From Anaerolineae bacterium (GTDB lineage: Bacteria; Chloroflexota; Anaerolineae; Aggregatilineales; UBA2796), in NCBI GenBank assembly GCA_019637555.1, contig JAHBVK010000033.1:1-64000 (forward strand): a DNA stretch of 64,000 bases. The letters run 5' to 3'. This document shows positions 9,531-18,161 of the stretch, piece after piece (position 1 is the stretch's first letter; each line of letters starts with the position of its first letter). The position numbers and the translations under genes were made by a program. The notes beneath the pieces were generated by a model. It was not told where the DNA came from, did no database searches, and saw nothing but the letters and a program-made list of their open reading frames with translations.

Positions 9531-10235
9531 TCACTCGTAATATGCAGGCAGCTTTTTCAGCCCTTTCCACTGCTCCGAGTCATGTCCGAAAATCACCAGC
9601 CCGATATGCTCCCGTTCGACCAGATCAAGCAGCTTAAGCGTACTGGCGCGAATCGCTGCCGCGTCGGGGTTGCTACCATCGTCCTGCACGTCGCGGGTGA
9701 AGCCCTCGCCGAAGGGTACAGCGTCAATCGTCAATAAGATCGTCCCTGATTGAGGCAGCCGCAGCAGCACCGATTGATGCCCCGGCACATGCCCGCTCGT
9801 CTCGATCAGTTCCAACCCCGGCAGCAGTTCCGTGTCGCCATCCACCAGCTGGATGCGCTCCATCGGCTGATCCCATTGGGATCGAATGTCGGCAAAACGC
9901 GGGTTGCTCGCCGCATCCAGATGATGCGCACGCTGAACCACATATTGCGCCTTGGTGAAGGACCCGTGTCTTCCAGCATGGTCGCCATCATAATGCGTCG
10001 AAATGATCGTATCGATGTCATCTGGCTTTAAGCCAATACTCGCCAACTGCTCGATAACGTCACGTTCATTCACGAAATCCGCTTCCCCTTCGGGCATGAT
10101 CTCCGGTAGACCACTGTCAATCAGGATATTTCTGCCGTCGTTTGTCTGCACCAGATAACACACAATCGGAATCTGATATTCCGGCATTGAACCCACCTGC
10201 ATCAGATAAAGACGCGTCACAGCACTCTGGCTCAT
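9531..10235 (-). CDS. MBL-fold metallo-hydrolase (N-acyl-homoserine-lactonase-like).
   Basis: Metallo-beta-lactamase motifs THYDGDHAG and TSGHVPGH. Size and architecture resemble AiiA/AhlD-type lactonases. Confidence 0.7.
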   Translation of the reverse strand: MSQSAVTRLYLMQVGSMPEYQIPIVCYLVQTNDGRNILIDSGLPEIMPEGEADFVNERDVIEQLASIGLKPDDIDTIISTHYDGDHAGRHGSFTKAQYVVQRAHHLDAASNPRFADIRSQWDQPMERIQLVDGDTELLPGLELIETSGHVPGHQSVLLRLPQSGTILLTIDAVPFGEGFTRDVQDDGSNPDAAAIRASTLKLLDLVEREHIGLVIFGHDSEQWKGLKKLPAYYE

Positions 10236-10328
10236 TATCTCCTCCTCGTTACTGAAACCCTATTCCATCACAGCAATCGGGTTGGTGGTTGTATCGTAGC
10301 ACAGCCAGAGGAGGGATGTCTTGAATGA

Positions 10329-11030
10329 TTACGCAATTTCAGCGGAGGAATACAAGCCGATGATCGACTTGGACGGAATTTCTGAGGGCGTGTGACCGAT
10401 AAAATGTTTGAGCGAACGGGTAAGATGGGCTTGGTCGCTATAGCCTGCCTCGCAGACCGTATCGAAGATCGACCTACCTTCTTTGAGCAGGGATGCCGCA
10501 TAACGAGCGCGCTCGATTTGACGGATGGTTCTCTGCGACAACCCGGTGGAACGCAGCACCCGATATTGCACCATGCGCGACGACAACGACTGTGAGTAGC
10601 CTTGCTGGACGGTGCTCAGCAGCGGATCATGTACGAGCACGCCCGCACGCACCAGTTGATCGACAAACGTATCGGCATTTTCATAAGTCGGGAACTGCCA
10701 TACGGAATGACACAAGGAGAAAGTTCGTCTTGATGCGTCAGGGAGGATGATGCACCCATTAGTGAAAGCGCCAAATGGGAGATGAGGCACAAATGTCCCC
10801 AGCTTAAAGGCGATCCCAAACCATTCTGCCTCAGGTGGAAATTCCTTGCCTGTTGCCCCTGTTTCTGGACCATGCAGACTTATCGCCATATGCCCATTGC
10901 ATTTGGAGATGACCATTGTCCAGAAGACCGTCGCAATCGAGGTAAATGAGCCAGCCTTATCGCTCTGTGTAGACCAGATGCGCTCAACTAGTGGCGAATC
11001 GGAAGATCTTTCATCAAAATGAGGAAACAT
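10329..11030 (-). CDS. AraC family transcriptional regulator.
   Basis: C-terminal AraC HTH signature (GYSDQAHLTRSLKHFIGHTPSEI), with an N-terminal ligand/cupin-like region. Confidence 0.75.
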   Translation of the reverse strand: MFPHFDERSSDSPLVERIWSTQSDKAGSFTSIATVFWTMVISKCNGHMAISLHGPETGATGKEFPPEAEWFGIAFKLGTFVPHLPFGAFTNGCIILPDASRRTFSLCHSVWQFPTYENADTFVDQLVRAGVLVHDPLLSTVQQGYSQSLSSRMVQYRVLRSTGLSQRTIRQIERARYAASLLKEGRSIFDTVCEAGYSDQAHLTRSLKHFIGHTPSEIPSKSIIGLYSSAEIA

Positions 11031-11189
11031 GCATCCTATCCTTCATTGATCGATGCCGTCGATTGCTCGCCAACTATTCGCTAACGTCCCGTCCATTCTT
11101 AACCGCCGCTTCTCTTTTTGGCACGATCTCCAGTAGACAACTCCCGCGACTTATTAAACAAACGGGCACAAAAGCGATCACTTTTACAC

Positions 11190-11606
11190 CTATTTTGTAG
11201 CTATACCTTTTAGTTTAGCGAGCAACTTGGCACGTAGTGGATCATTGGGATGATCGGCTTCGTATTCTCTCCGTGCTTCGTTGGCAAGTTGGCGCTCTCG
11301 CCGGACATACTCATCAACTTCGGCACGATTGGCGAGATAGTAGCCAAGAACTGGGTATACATCCGAGAGGTTTAATGTAGTGTAGTGATGAACAATTTCT
11401 TCTGCCGATGCGCCCCGATGAAAATCAGAAATCACGGATTGCAGCGTTACACGAGTACGCCCAATGCGAATCACGCCGTTCTCGTTAGTTCGCAGTGGCA
11501 CATCAACCGCAGTAGGAGTAGGGATCAGCAGCTTATCTTTCTGCTTGTAGAATTGACCGCATCCGAGCGCGGACGGCTTCAGTTTCGGGTGTCCGCTTCG
11601 CCTCAA
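11190..11606 (-). CDS. DUF433 domain protein. The true start may be internal, for example GTG at about 11501.
   Basis: DUF433 core GRTRVTLQSVISDFHRGASAEEIVHHYTTLNLSDVYPVLGYY, with a charged C-terminal tail. The annotated 5' end overlaps the upstream paralog by 74 nt. Confidence 0.6.
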   Translation of the reverse strand: MRRSGHPKLKPSALGCGQFYKQKDKLLIPTPTAVDVPLRTNENGVIRIGRTRVTLQSVISDFHRGASAEEIVHHYTTLNLSDVYPVLGYYLANRAEVDEYVRRERQLANEARREYEADHPNDPLRAKLLAKLKGIATK

Positions 11607-11808
11607 TCTGCGCTTGAAGTTGCTTGCCCTTCGCTTCGCTTTGGCGAATGTAGCTATCTACTTCTTCGCGGTGGTTCAGATAATAGGCAATCACTGCATA
11701 AACATCAGCCAGTGTCAGTGATGGATAGCTGTCAATGATGCCTTCGGGTGTTTCGCCTTGCCGAAAAGCGTAGATCACCAACTCTAACAAAATCCGCGTG
11801 TTACCCAC
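11533..11808 (-). CDS. DUF433 domain protein (tandem paralog, GTG start).
   Basis: VGNTRILLELVIYAFRQGETPEGIIDSYPSLTLADVYAVIAYY is homologous to the neighbouring copy. No in-frame ATG is available, so an N-terminally shortened form is possible. Confidence 0.55.
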   Translation of the reverse strand: MGNTRILLELVIYAFRQGETPEGIIDSYPSLTLADVYAVIAYYLNHREEVDSYIRQSEAKGKQLQAQIEAKRTPETEAVRARMRSILQAER

Positions 11809-11934
11809 GCGAATCGCGCCATCTGACCCATTTGCAGAGGGACGCCTACAGCAGGTGGAATTTCCATCATGTGCTATCTCTCAACTAGAATGTGAGTTTG
11901 TGGTTAGTGTAGCATACTATGATTGGATAGTTAC

Positions 11935-13113
11935 TCACTGAACTACCCATATCGAGATCTTATAAGAGTCAACGGAAAGCAGTATCCTGCCATCAGGACT
12001 CAAACTGGGGCGATAGTCGCTGCTTATTAAGCGTATCTCCTGCTCTGTATCAACATCCCATAATCGGATGCGTCCTCTACGCGGAGGATTACCTCTATCG
12101 TCTTGATCCCAGTAAATTAGTAGGTCGTTGCTTTGGCTGAACATTCCACCATAACGATTCCCGTCTAAATCGTTAGCCACTATAGTGTACCTATTTGAGT
12201 CTAGAGAGAATAAATGAACGCCACTCGGAGCAAACGCGACTAATTTCCTGCTATCTGGACTGAAATCAAGGATGGCGTAGGTGAAATCAACAGAAAATTC
12301 GCGGTATGAGGTACCGTACATTATGTCCCACACAATGATACGAGCATCTTGATAAGTTGCTGCAATCCACTTGCCATCAGGCGAAAACCGAATAGTTGTG
12401 GGACTAACGTTCCACTTCTCTAATTTTGCCTGTTCAGTACCGAGCTTGACATCCCATAGTTTTATAGTGTCATTTATGTGATTTGCTTCATCAGTTTCAA
12501 TGGTCGCTAGTGTCGTAGAATCTGGCGAGAATGCTAGAAAACGCTGCCAACCGTTTCCTTTTATGGTTAATTTGGGAGAGACAGTTTGAGTATCATAAAG
12601 TTCTATCATTCCTGCTGAAGACTTTATTACCGCTAGGATTTTTCCGTCCGGGCTGAAGGCAAATTCAGAAACCTTATTCAGAGTCAGTAGGATGTCGCCA
12701 GTTGCAGTCTTATAGAGATACATCTCACCCGAATTACTCACTGAAAAAGCTAACAATGCACCGTTCGCACTAAGGTACATATAACGTGTAAATATCGGAA
12801 TCACTTGAAATGAATCAACAAGGTTGGTCGCGTTGTGTAAGTAGATACCACGCTCACGAACGATCGCAACGACCTCTCCGTTAGCTGACCAAGCTACCGA
12901 GAAGAAATCATTGTTCATTTCGGATGGCGAAACTATGGAAGTCAGGGGCACTAAGTCTCTAGCATTCATGGCATTTATCACAGGATAGCTAAATGTAGGA
13001 GAAGGTGAAGCAGTATTTGAAGCTGCGATGCTTATCTCCTCTGAATTAGCCACGGCAAAGATAAGGAGAACCACCGCAAGTAAAAATGCAGACAAGCCAG
13101 TAACTTTGTTCAA
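11935..13113 (-). CDS. WD40 / beta-propeller repeat protein with an N-terminal signal or anchor.
   Basis: Hydrophobic N-terminus LSAFLLAVVLLIFAVA. Repeated WD-like strands (IKLWDV, IIVWDI, IRLWDV). Confidence 0.7.
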   Translation of the reverse strand: MNKVTGLSAFLLAVVLLIFAVANSEEISIAASNTASPSPTFSYPVINAMNARDLVPLTSIVSPSEMNNDFFSVAWSANGEVVAIVRERGIYLHNATNLVDSFQVIPIFTRYMYLSANGALLAFSVSNSGEMYLYKTATGDILLTLNKVSEFAFSPDGKILAVIKSSAGMIELYDTQTVSPKLTIKGNGWQRFLAFSPDSTTLATIETDEANHINDTIKLWDVKLGTEQAKLEKWNVSPTTIRFSPDGKWIAATYQDARIIVWDIMYGTSYREFSVDFTYAILDFSPDSRKLVAFAPSGVHLFSLDSNRYTIVANDLDGNRYGGMFSQSNDLLIYWDQDDRGNPPRRGRIRLWDVDTEQEIRLISSDYRPSLSPDGRILLSVDSYKISIWVVQ

Positions 13114-13328
13114 TATGCCCCCTTATTAGATAGCTTCGCCATCACTCAATCCAACTATATACACTATTTGGCATATTGCGGTCTAACCTACCCCAACCAC
13201 CCTCCAATAAATCACCTACCCAAATCCTGATCAGCCCCCTGTTATTCCTGCGAATATCAGCCGCGAAATCACCTCCTCTGCAACCAATCGCCACCCTTCT
13301 ACGCTACAATAAGGAGTAGGAGGACGCT

Positions 13329-15173
13329 TTGACCGTAACCCCAACCACCGATTCCAATGATCTCGCCATCGCTAAGCCGAGCCTGCTGACCAAGTACGAG
13401 ACGCTGCGCCGCAAGGAGTCCGAACGGCTCAACGCGCTGATCGACACCTTCAGCCGCGTCGATGGCTTGCCTACCGAGCAGATGGAGCAAGCGCGCGATG
13501 CCCTTTTCCACGCCGATCACCCTTATCTGATCGTGCTGGTGGGTGCGTTCAATACTGGCAAATCCAGCATCATCAACGCGCTGATCGGTGAGCCAGTCTT
13601 GGAGATCGGTGCGACGCCCACCACCAGCAAGATCGCCATCGTGCGGCACGGTCCCTCCTTGCAGCGATCACAAGCAGGGCAGACGGAGACGGTATTCTTC
13701 CCGCATCCGCTGCTGGAAAAGGTCAGCTTGGTCGATACGCCCGGACTCGATTCGGTGTTCAAGGGTCACGACGAAACCACCCGCAAATTCCTGCACCGCG
13801 CCGATATGGTGCTGATGGTTATGCTGGCGACTCAGGCGATGTCAGCGAAAAGCATGGAATCCCTCGCCGCGCTGCGTGCCTACGGTAAGCGCGTGATCAT
13901 CGCCATCAACCAGATCGATCTGGTCGAGCCGGAAGAACGCGAGACACTGCGCCAGTTCGTCGCTGATCAAAGCAAACAGCAGCTCGGTTTCGTGCCTGAA
14001 GTTTGGCTGATTTCCTCGCGGTTGGCGGCAGAATCGCAGCGCGAATCTCCCCGCAATGAGCAGTTGTGGCGCGATAGCGGTTTCAGCGAGTTCGATAAGT
14101 TCGTCAACCGTGCTCTCAGTGACGCCGAGCGCGTGCGTCAGAAGCTAGATACCCCGCTGCAAATCGTCCGCAATGTGATGGCGCAGGCGACGGCAACGGT
14201 ACGCGAACAGCAAGACGCGCTGGCGGAACATCGCCGTTCGGCGCAGAACGTCAACACGCAGATCGAAGCCGGATTGCGCGATCAAGCCGCCACGCTCTAC
14301 GAGACGGAGGAGGAGATCAACAAGAGCTTTGCCGAGTCGATCCGGCGCGGGCGCGAAGCGATCCACGACACCTTCCAGTGGTCACGCGGCGTCAGGTTGG
14401 CGTTCGGCGGTCTTAGCGAGATCGTCGGCATCGGGCGCTTCTTCCGCCGCTTCGGGGCGCAGACTCCCGCCAAACTCGCCTTCGAAAGCCACAAGGTCGA
14501 AGAACCACTCGCCCAAGCGCCGATCATCGCGGATCGATTGGGTCCTCGCCTCGAAGGTCGGGACGTGAAAGACGTGGACGATCTGATCGGCTACACGCGC
14601 AAGGAGATCGAGGAACTGCCTGCCTCGCTGCAAGATAACCTGATCGGCACGCTGCAAGCGCCCAGCAGCTATGATCGCAGCATCTTGCGCGGCATCCGCG
14701 ACGAGCTGATGAAGCTGGTCGATCAAGCCCGCACGGTGGAGTTCCAGCGCATTGATGACAGCGTGCGCGGTTCAATTGCGATACTGGCGATCTACGAACT
14801 GCTGGTTATCTTCGTGGGTATTCTCGGCACAGTCATCGCGGCGAGTCAGAACAACGGCAATTGGGTATTCTTCTTCTTCGGCATGATCATCCTGATGATC
14901 GCGGGCGTGCTGGTCATGCCCTTGCGCGGGATGCTGCTGGAACGCCGTTACGCGGATCGGCTGCGCGGCATCAAAGAGGAATTCACCCGCACGCTGGACA
15001 AAGCCGCCAAGGATCAGATCGCTTACGGCAAGCAGATGCGTCAGGATGCGGTTGCGCCGTTCATGCGCCTCGTCGATACGCAGCTCTCGCAGATCGACAA
15101 GCTGAAGGTAGAGCTGGAAGAACATCAGCAAGCAATCACTGCGCTGGAGAAGGAACTGAGTGGACTGCGCTAA
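13329..15173 (+). CDS. Bacterial dynamin-like GTPase (DynA/YdjA family) with a C-terminal membrane segment.
   Basis: G1 GAFNTGKSS, G3 DTPG, G4 NQID. C-terminal hydrophobic pair (AILAIYELLVIFVGILGTVIA / VFFFFGMIILMIAGVLV) and coiled-coil tail. TTG start preceded by GGAGTAGGAGG. Confidence 0.8.
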   Translation: MTVTPTTDSNDLAIAKPSLLTKYETLRRKESERLNALIDTFSRVDGLPTEQMEQARDALFHADHPYLIVLVGAFNTGKSSIINALIGEPVLEIGATPTTSKIAIVRHGPSLQRSQAGQTETVFFPHPLLEKVSLVDTPGLDSVFKGHDETTRKFLHRADMVLMVMLATQAMSAKSMESLAALRAYGKRVIIAINQIDLVEPEERETLRQFVADQSKQQLGFVPEVWLISSRLAAESQRESPRNEQLWRDSGFSEFDKFVNRALSDAERVRQKLDTPLQIVRNVMAQATATVREQQDALAEHRRSAQNVNTQIEAGLRDQAATLYETEEEINKSFAESIRRGREAIHDTFQWSRGVRLAFGGLSEIVGIGRFFRRFGAQTPAKLAFESHKVEEPLAQAPIIADRLGPRLEGRDVKDVDDLIGYTRKEIEELPASLQDNLIGTLQAPSSYDRSILRGIRDELMKLVDQARTVEFQRIDDSVRGSIAILAIYELLVIFVGILGTVIAASQNNGNWVFFFFGMIILMIAGVLVMPLRGMLLERRYADRLRGIKEEFTRTLDKAAKDQIAYGKQMRQDAVAPFMRLVDTQLSQIDKLKVELEEHQQAITALEKELSGLR

Positions 15174-15264
15174 AGCGAGTCTCTGAATCCTCCCCAAAAG
15201 ATGCAACGGTCTGGCGATCTCCCCGCTAGGATTCCTGATATTTGTTGTAGAAGGGATGCTGGCG

Positions 15265-16209
15265 ATGTTGAAGAAACTTTGTCTGACCGCTATGTTACTC
15301 CTGCTCACTCTGCCCTTGATCACTGCACGCGCACAGCAATCGGCGGGCAAACATATCAAGGGTACGCTCTCACACAGCGGCATCAACCGCGCCTACACGC
15401 TCTACGTCCCTGCCAATCTGGATAGCAACAGCTCAGTCCCATTGGTACTCGGCTTGCATCAAGGTGGCGGCAAGGGCGCAGATTTCGAGAAACTGACAGA
15501 AAACGGTTGGACTACTTTAGCGGATGAGCATGGCTTCATCGTCGTCTATCCCGATGCCTACAAAGGGCGCTGGAACAATGGTACTGACGATCCCACTAGT
15601 CCCGCCTTCCTCGGCAATATTGACGATGTGGACTTCCTACGCACATTGGTCGCCAAGATCAGCACGGATTACAGCATTGATCCCGCCCGAATCTATGCCA
15701 CCGGACTATCCAGCGGCGCGATCATGGCGCTGCGGTTAGCGTGTGAAGCCGCTGATCTAGTCGTGGCGATTGCGCCAGTTGCGGGACAAGCGGGCAAATC
15801 ACAACAAGCAACCTGCAAACCAGCGAAGCCAGTTTCCGTGCTGCTGATCGTCGGTTCGGATGATCCTATCGTTCCGGGCGCTGGCGGCGAGATTCCCGGT
15901 GGCTTCGGCGCAGTGATCAGTGTGGACGACACCTTAAGGTTGTTTACGAGCGCCGCCAACTGTCCCGCTGGTCCTGATACCCAACTGCTAGACGATGTTG
16001 ACCCCGACGATGGCACAACGGTGATCAAGGATAGCTATACTCCATGCGAGGGCGATGTTGAGGTATTGCTCTATACCATTAAGGGCGGCGGACACACCTA
16101 TCCGCAGGGCTGGCAGTTCGCACCGGTAGATCAGATCGGCGTCACCAGCCAGGAGTTCAACGCAAACGAGGTCATCTGGGATTTCTTCAGCATGCACAAA
16201 CGAGGATAA
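15265..16209 (+). CDS. Secreted esterase, PHB-depolymerase/LpqC family alpha/beta hydrolase.
   Basis: Signal peptide (LCLTAMLLLLTLPLITARA). GLHQGGG and GLSSG nucleophile elbow. Start chosen at the second ATG, with a GAAGGG RBS at 9-nt spacing. Confidence 0.7.
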   Translation: MLKKLCLTAMLLLLTLPLITARAQQSAGKHIKGTLSHSGINRAYTLYVPANLDSNSSVPLVLGLHQGGGKGADFEKLTENGWTTLADEHGFIVVYPDAYKGRWNNGTDDPTSPAFLGNIDDVDFLRTLVAKISTDYSIDPARIYATGLSSGAIMALRLACEAADLVVAIAPVAGQAGKSQQATCKPAKPVSVLLIVGSDDPIVPGAGGEIPGGFGAVISVDDTLRLFTSAANCPAGPDTQLLDDVDPDDGTTVIKDSYTPCEGDVEVLLYTIKGGGHTYPQGWQFAPVDQIGVTSQEFNANEVIWDFFSMHKRG

Positions 16210-16215
16210 TTCGGG

Positions 16216-16290
16216 CTTCCCCTCTCGCTCGCAGGTGCAATCACACAGCGTGGGAGAGGGGTGGCGCGTCAGCGCCGGAGGTGAGGGGCA
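16216..16290. repeat. GC-rich palindromic repeat element between convergent genes.
   Basis: cccctctcgctcgcaggtgcaatcacacagcgtgggagaggggtggcgcgtcagcgccggaggtgagggg, with nested hairpins. Confidence 0.55.
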
Positions 16291-16292
16291 AT

Positions 16293-16577
16293 CTACTCGT
16301 TCCCAATCGAGAACATGCGATCCATATCCTCGCGCGAGAAGGTCTTGAACGCCATCAGTGTCTGCGTCTTAATGATGTACGGCAAATCGCGGATTCGCGC
16401 CGTGACTAGATCTGCGATCTGCTCGTTGGTGGGAGTCCGCAGCAGCGCCACTACATCATACTGACCTGCTACCGAGAACACTTCCGATACGCCGTCCAGC
16501 TTGAGCAGCTCTTGCGCCACCGCATCAACTTTGCCCCGTTCGATCTCCATCAGCACGAGTGCTGTTACCGCTGCCAT
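16293..16577 (-). CDS. Lrp/AsnC-family ligand-binding (RAM) domain protein, stand-alone.
   Basis: 94 aa. The pattern VDAVAQELLKLDGVSEVFSVAGQYDVVALLRT is typical of the AsnC C-terminal domain. No HTH is present. Confidence 0.65.
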   Translation of the reverse strand: MAAVTALVLMEIERGKVDAVAQELLKLDGVSEVFSVAGQYDVVALLRTPTNEQIADLVTARIRDLPYIIKTQTLMAFKTFSREDMDRMFSIGNE

Positions 16578-16651
16578 ATGACACTACCTTCCGTTTCAGC
16601 TAAACTCAGGATAAGGAATTGTCCTCAATTGTAACCGCATTCGGAGTAAAA

Positions 16652-17365
16652 ATGCCGCCTGTAGACGTAATGAAGAACATACAACTTGTCAGCACTGGTG
16701 CTGCCTACAACAAGCTAGGCTTGGTGCATCGCGTTCGCATTCCTGAAGGTGAACCGCCTGCACAGGGATTTCCCACGTTGGTGATGGTGCATGGTCACAA
16801 AGGCAACGAGGATGTAACGTGGGTATTCGCCCGCAATACTGGTGCAAACTGGCTGATCGTCACGCCGCGTGCGCCACTGCCTTCTCCCGATGGCGATGGC
16901 TACACATGGAACAGCTTCAGTGACGAAGGAAAAACCGATACGGCATCACTGGATCAATCGCTGGCGCAGTTGACCCATTTCATCACCAGCTTGCCCTCCG
17001 TCTATCCCGCTGATCTCTCGCATCTGGTGTTGCTCGGCTTTAGTCAGGGTGCGGGCATGTGCTATGCCTACACCGCCACGCAGCCGCAGCCACCGCTGAT
17101 CGGGATGGCGGCGCTCGGCGGCTACATCCCCGGACCTGTCAAGCTGCCACCATTGCATCATCTGCCGATCTTCATGTTTCATGGCAGCAAAGACGAGACG
17201 ATCCCGATCTCGCTGGCGCACAAGAATCGCGATCAACTGATCGCGGCGGGTGCTGATCTCACCTATCAGGAGGATGAGGTCGGGCATAAGGTCAGCGCCG
17301 AAGGAATGCGCCGCCTGAGTACATGGTTCGCTGAGCGCCTAGCGCAGGGAGAATCGCCACAATGA
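16652..17365 (+). CDS. Alpha/beta hydrolase, phospholipase/carboxylesterase (dienelactone-hydrolase-like) family.
   Basis: GFSQGAG nucleophile motif. Start at the ATG with a GGAG RBS, preferred over the upstream TTG. Confidence 0.7.
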   Translation: MPPVDVMKNIQLVSTGAAYNKLGLVHRVRIPEGEPPAQGFPTLVMVHGHKGNEDVTWVFARNTGANWLIVTPRAPLPSPDGDGYTWNSFSDEGKTDTASLDQSLAQLTHFITSLPSVYPADLSHLVLLGFSQGAGMCYAYTATQPQPPLIGMAALGGYIPGPVKLPPLHHLPIFMFHGSKDETIPISLAHKNRDQLIAAGADLTYQEDEVGHKVSAEGMRRLSTWFAERLAQGESPQ

Positions 17366-17922
17366 GCAGCGGACGTAGATATCCCGTTACCCCTGATGAA
17401 TTTGAGGCGTTCATCAATTTACCGGTGAATGCGAATCGCTCTTTCGAGTACATTGCTGGCGAGATCAGGGACGTGGAACCTAATCCGATTGCAGCCCAAA
17501 TCGCTGCGCGGCTTGTGGAACCGCTTGCCGCCTATCTGCGTGAGGATCGGATTGCACATCTGACCAGCGGATCGTCTGGCTTTATCGTGGCTTATGATTG
17601 CTATACGCCGGATGTGGCGGTGCTGCGAAGGGATCGGCAGGCGGAACTGGTGACCAAAGGATTCAACCCCATCGCGCCCGATCTGGCGATTGAGATCAAT
17701 TCTCCCGATAATGAGCGCGTGTTGCGGCTCAAGGTCGCCAATTATCTGGTTGCTGGCACGACGTTGTGGATCGTGCTTCCTTCCGCTAAACGTGTGGAAG
17801 TCTACACACCGGGTAAACCCGCCGCCGTCCTAGACATCAACGGCACGCTCAACCCCGGCGCGATCCTACCGAGCTTCACGTTGAACGTTAGTCAGTTATT
17901 TGAAGGACTTAAAGTAGATTGA
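17362..17922 (+). CDS. Uma2 family (DUF820) putative endonuclease.
   Basis: PDLAIEINSPDNER...VANYLVAGTTLWIVLPSAKRVEVYTP is the Uma2 signature. Confidence 0.75.
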   Translation: MSSGRRYPVTPDEFEAFINLPVNANRSFEYIAGEIRDVEPNPIAAQIAARLVEPLAAYLREDRIAHLTSGSSGFIVAYDCYTPDVAVLRRDRQAELVTKGFNPIAPDLAIEINSPDNERVLRLKVANYLVAGTTLWIVLPSAKRVEVYTPGKPAAVLDINGTLNPGAILPSFTLNVSQLFEGLKVD

Positions 17923-18079
17923 GGTTCTTTTGTTCTGAGTCTTCGATATTATGGATGCCCTCGACTATTTTCTCCAATCCTAAGCATCTTTTTGCTTAGC
18001 CGCGTAATCGGTCTCGAAACCCTCGCGATCGGTCTAAAATTGGCTATAAACCAGATTTTTGTGAGCAAAAATGCAATAT

Positions 18080-18108
18080 ATTGTTCTATTTCCTGATCTT
18101 CATATAAT
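18080..18108 (+). promoter_or_regulatory. Candidate sigma-70-type promoter for the TIR-ATPase gene.
   Basis: TTGTTC-N16-TATAAT in an AT-rich leader, about 55 nt upstream of the ATG at 18162. Confidence 0.3.
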
Positions 18109-18161
18109 TAAGTCTAGGGCATCCTGAAAAATTCAAGGAACCTGATTCTGACAGGCAGTTT

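Noticed and set aside
14772-15386. 204-aa minus-strand ORF
   Set aside because: Overlaps the 3' end of the dynamin-like gene and the 5' end of the esterase gene in antisense. No recognisable motifs.
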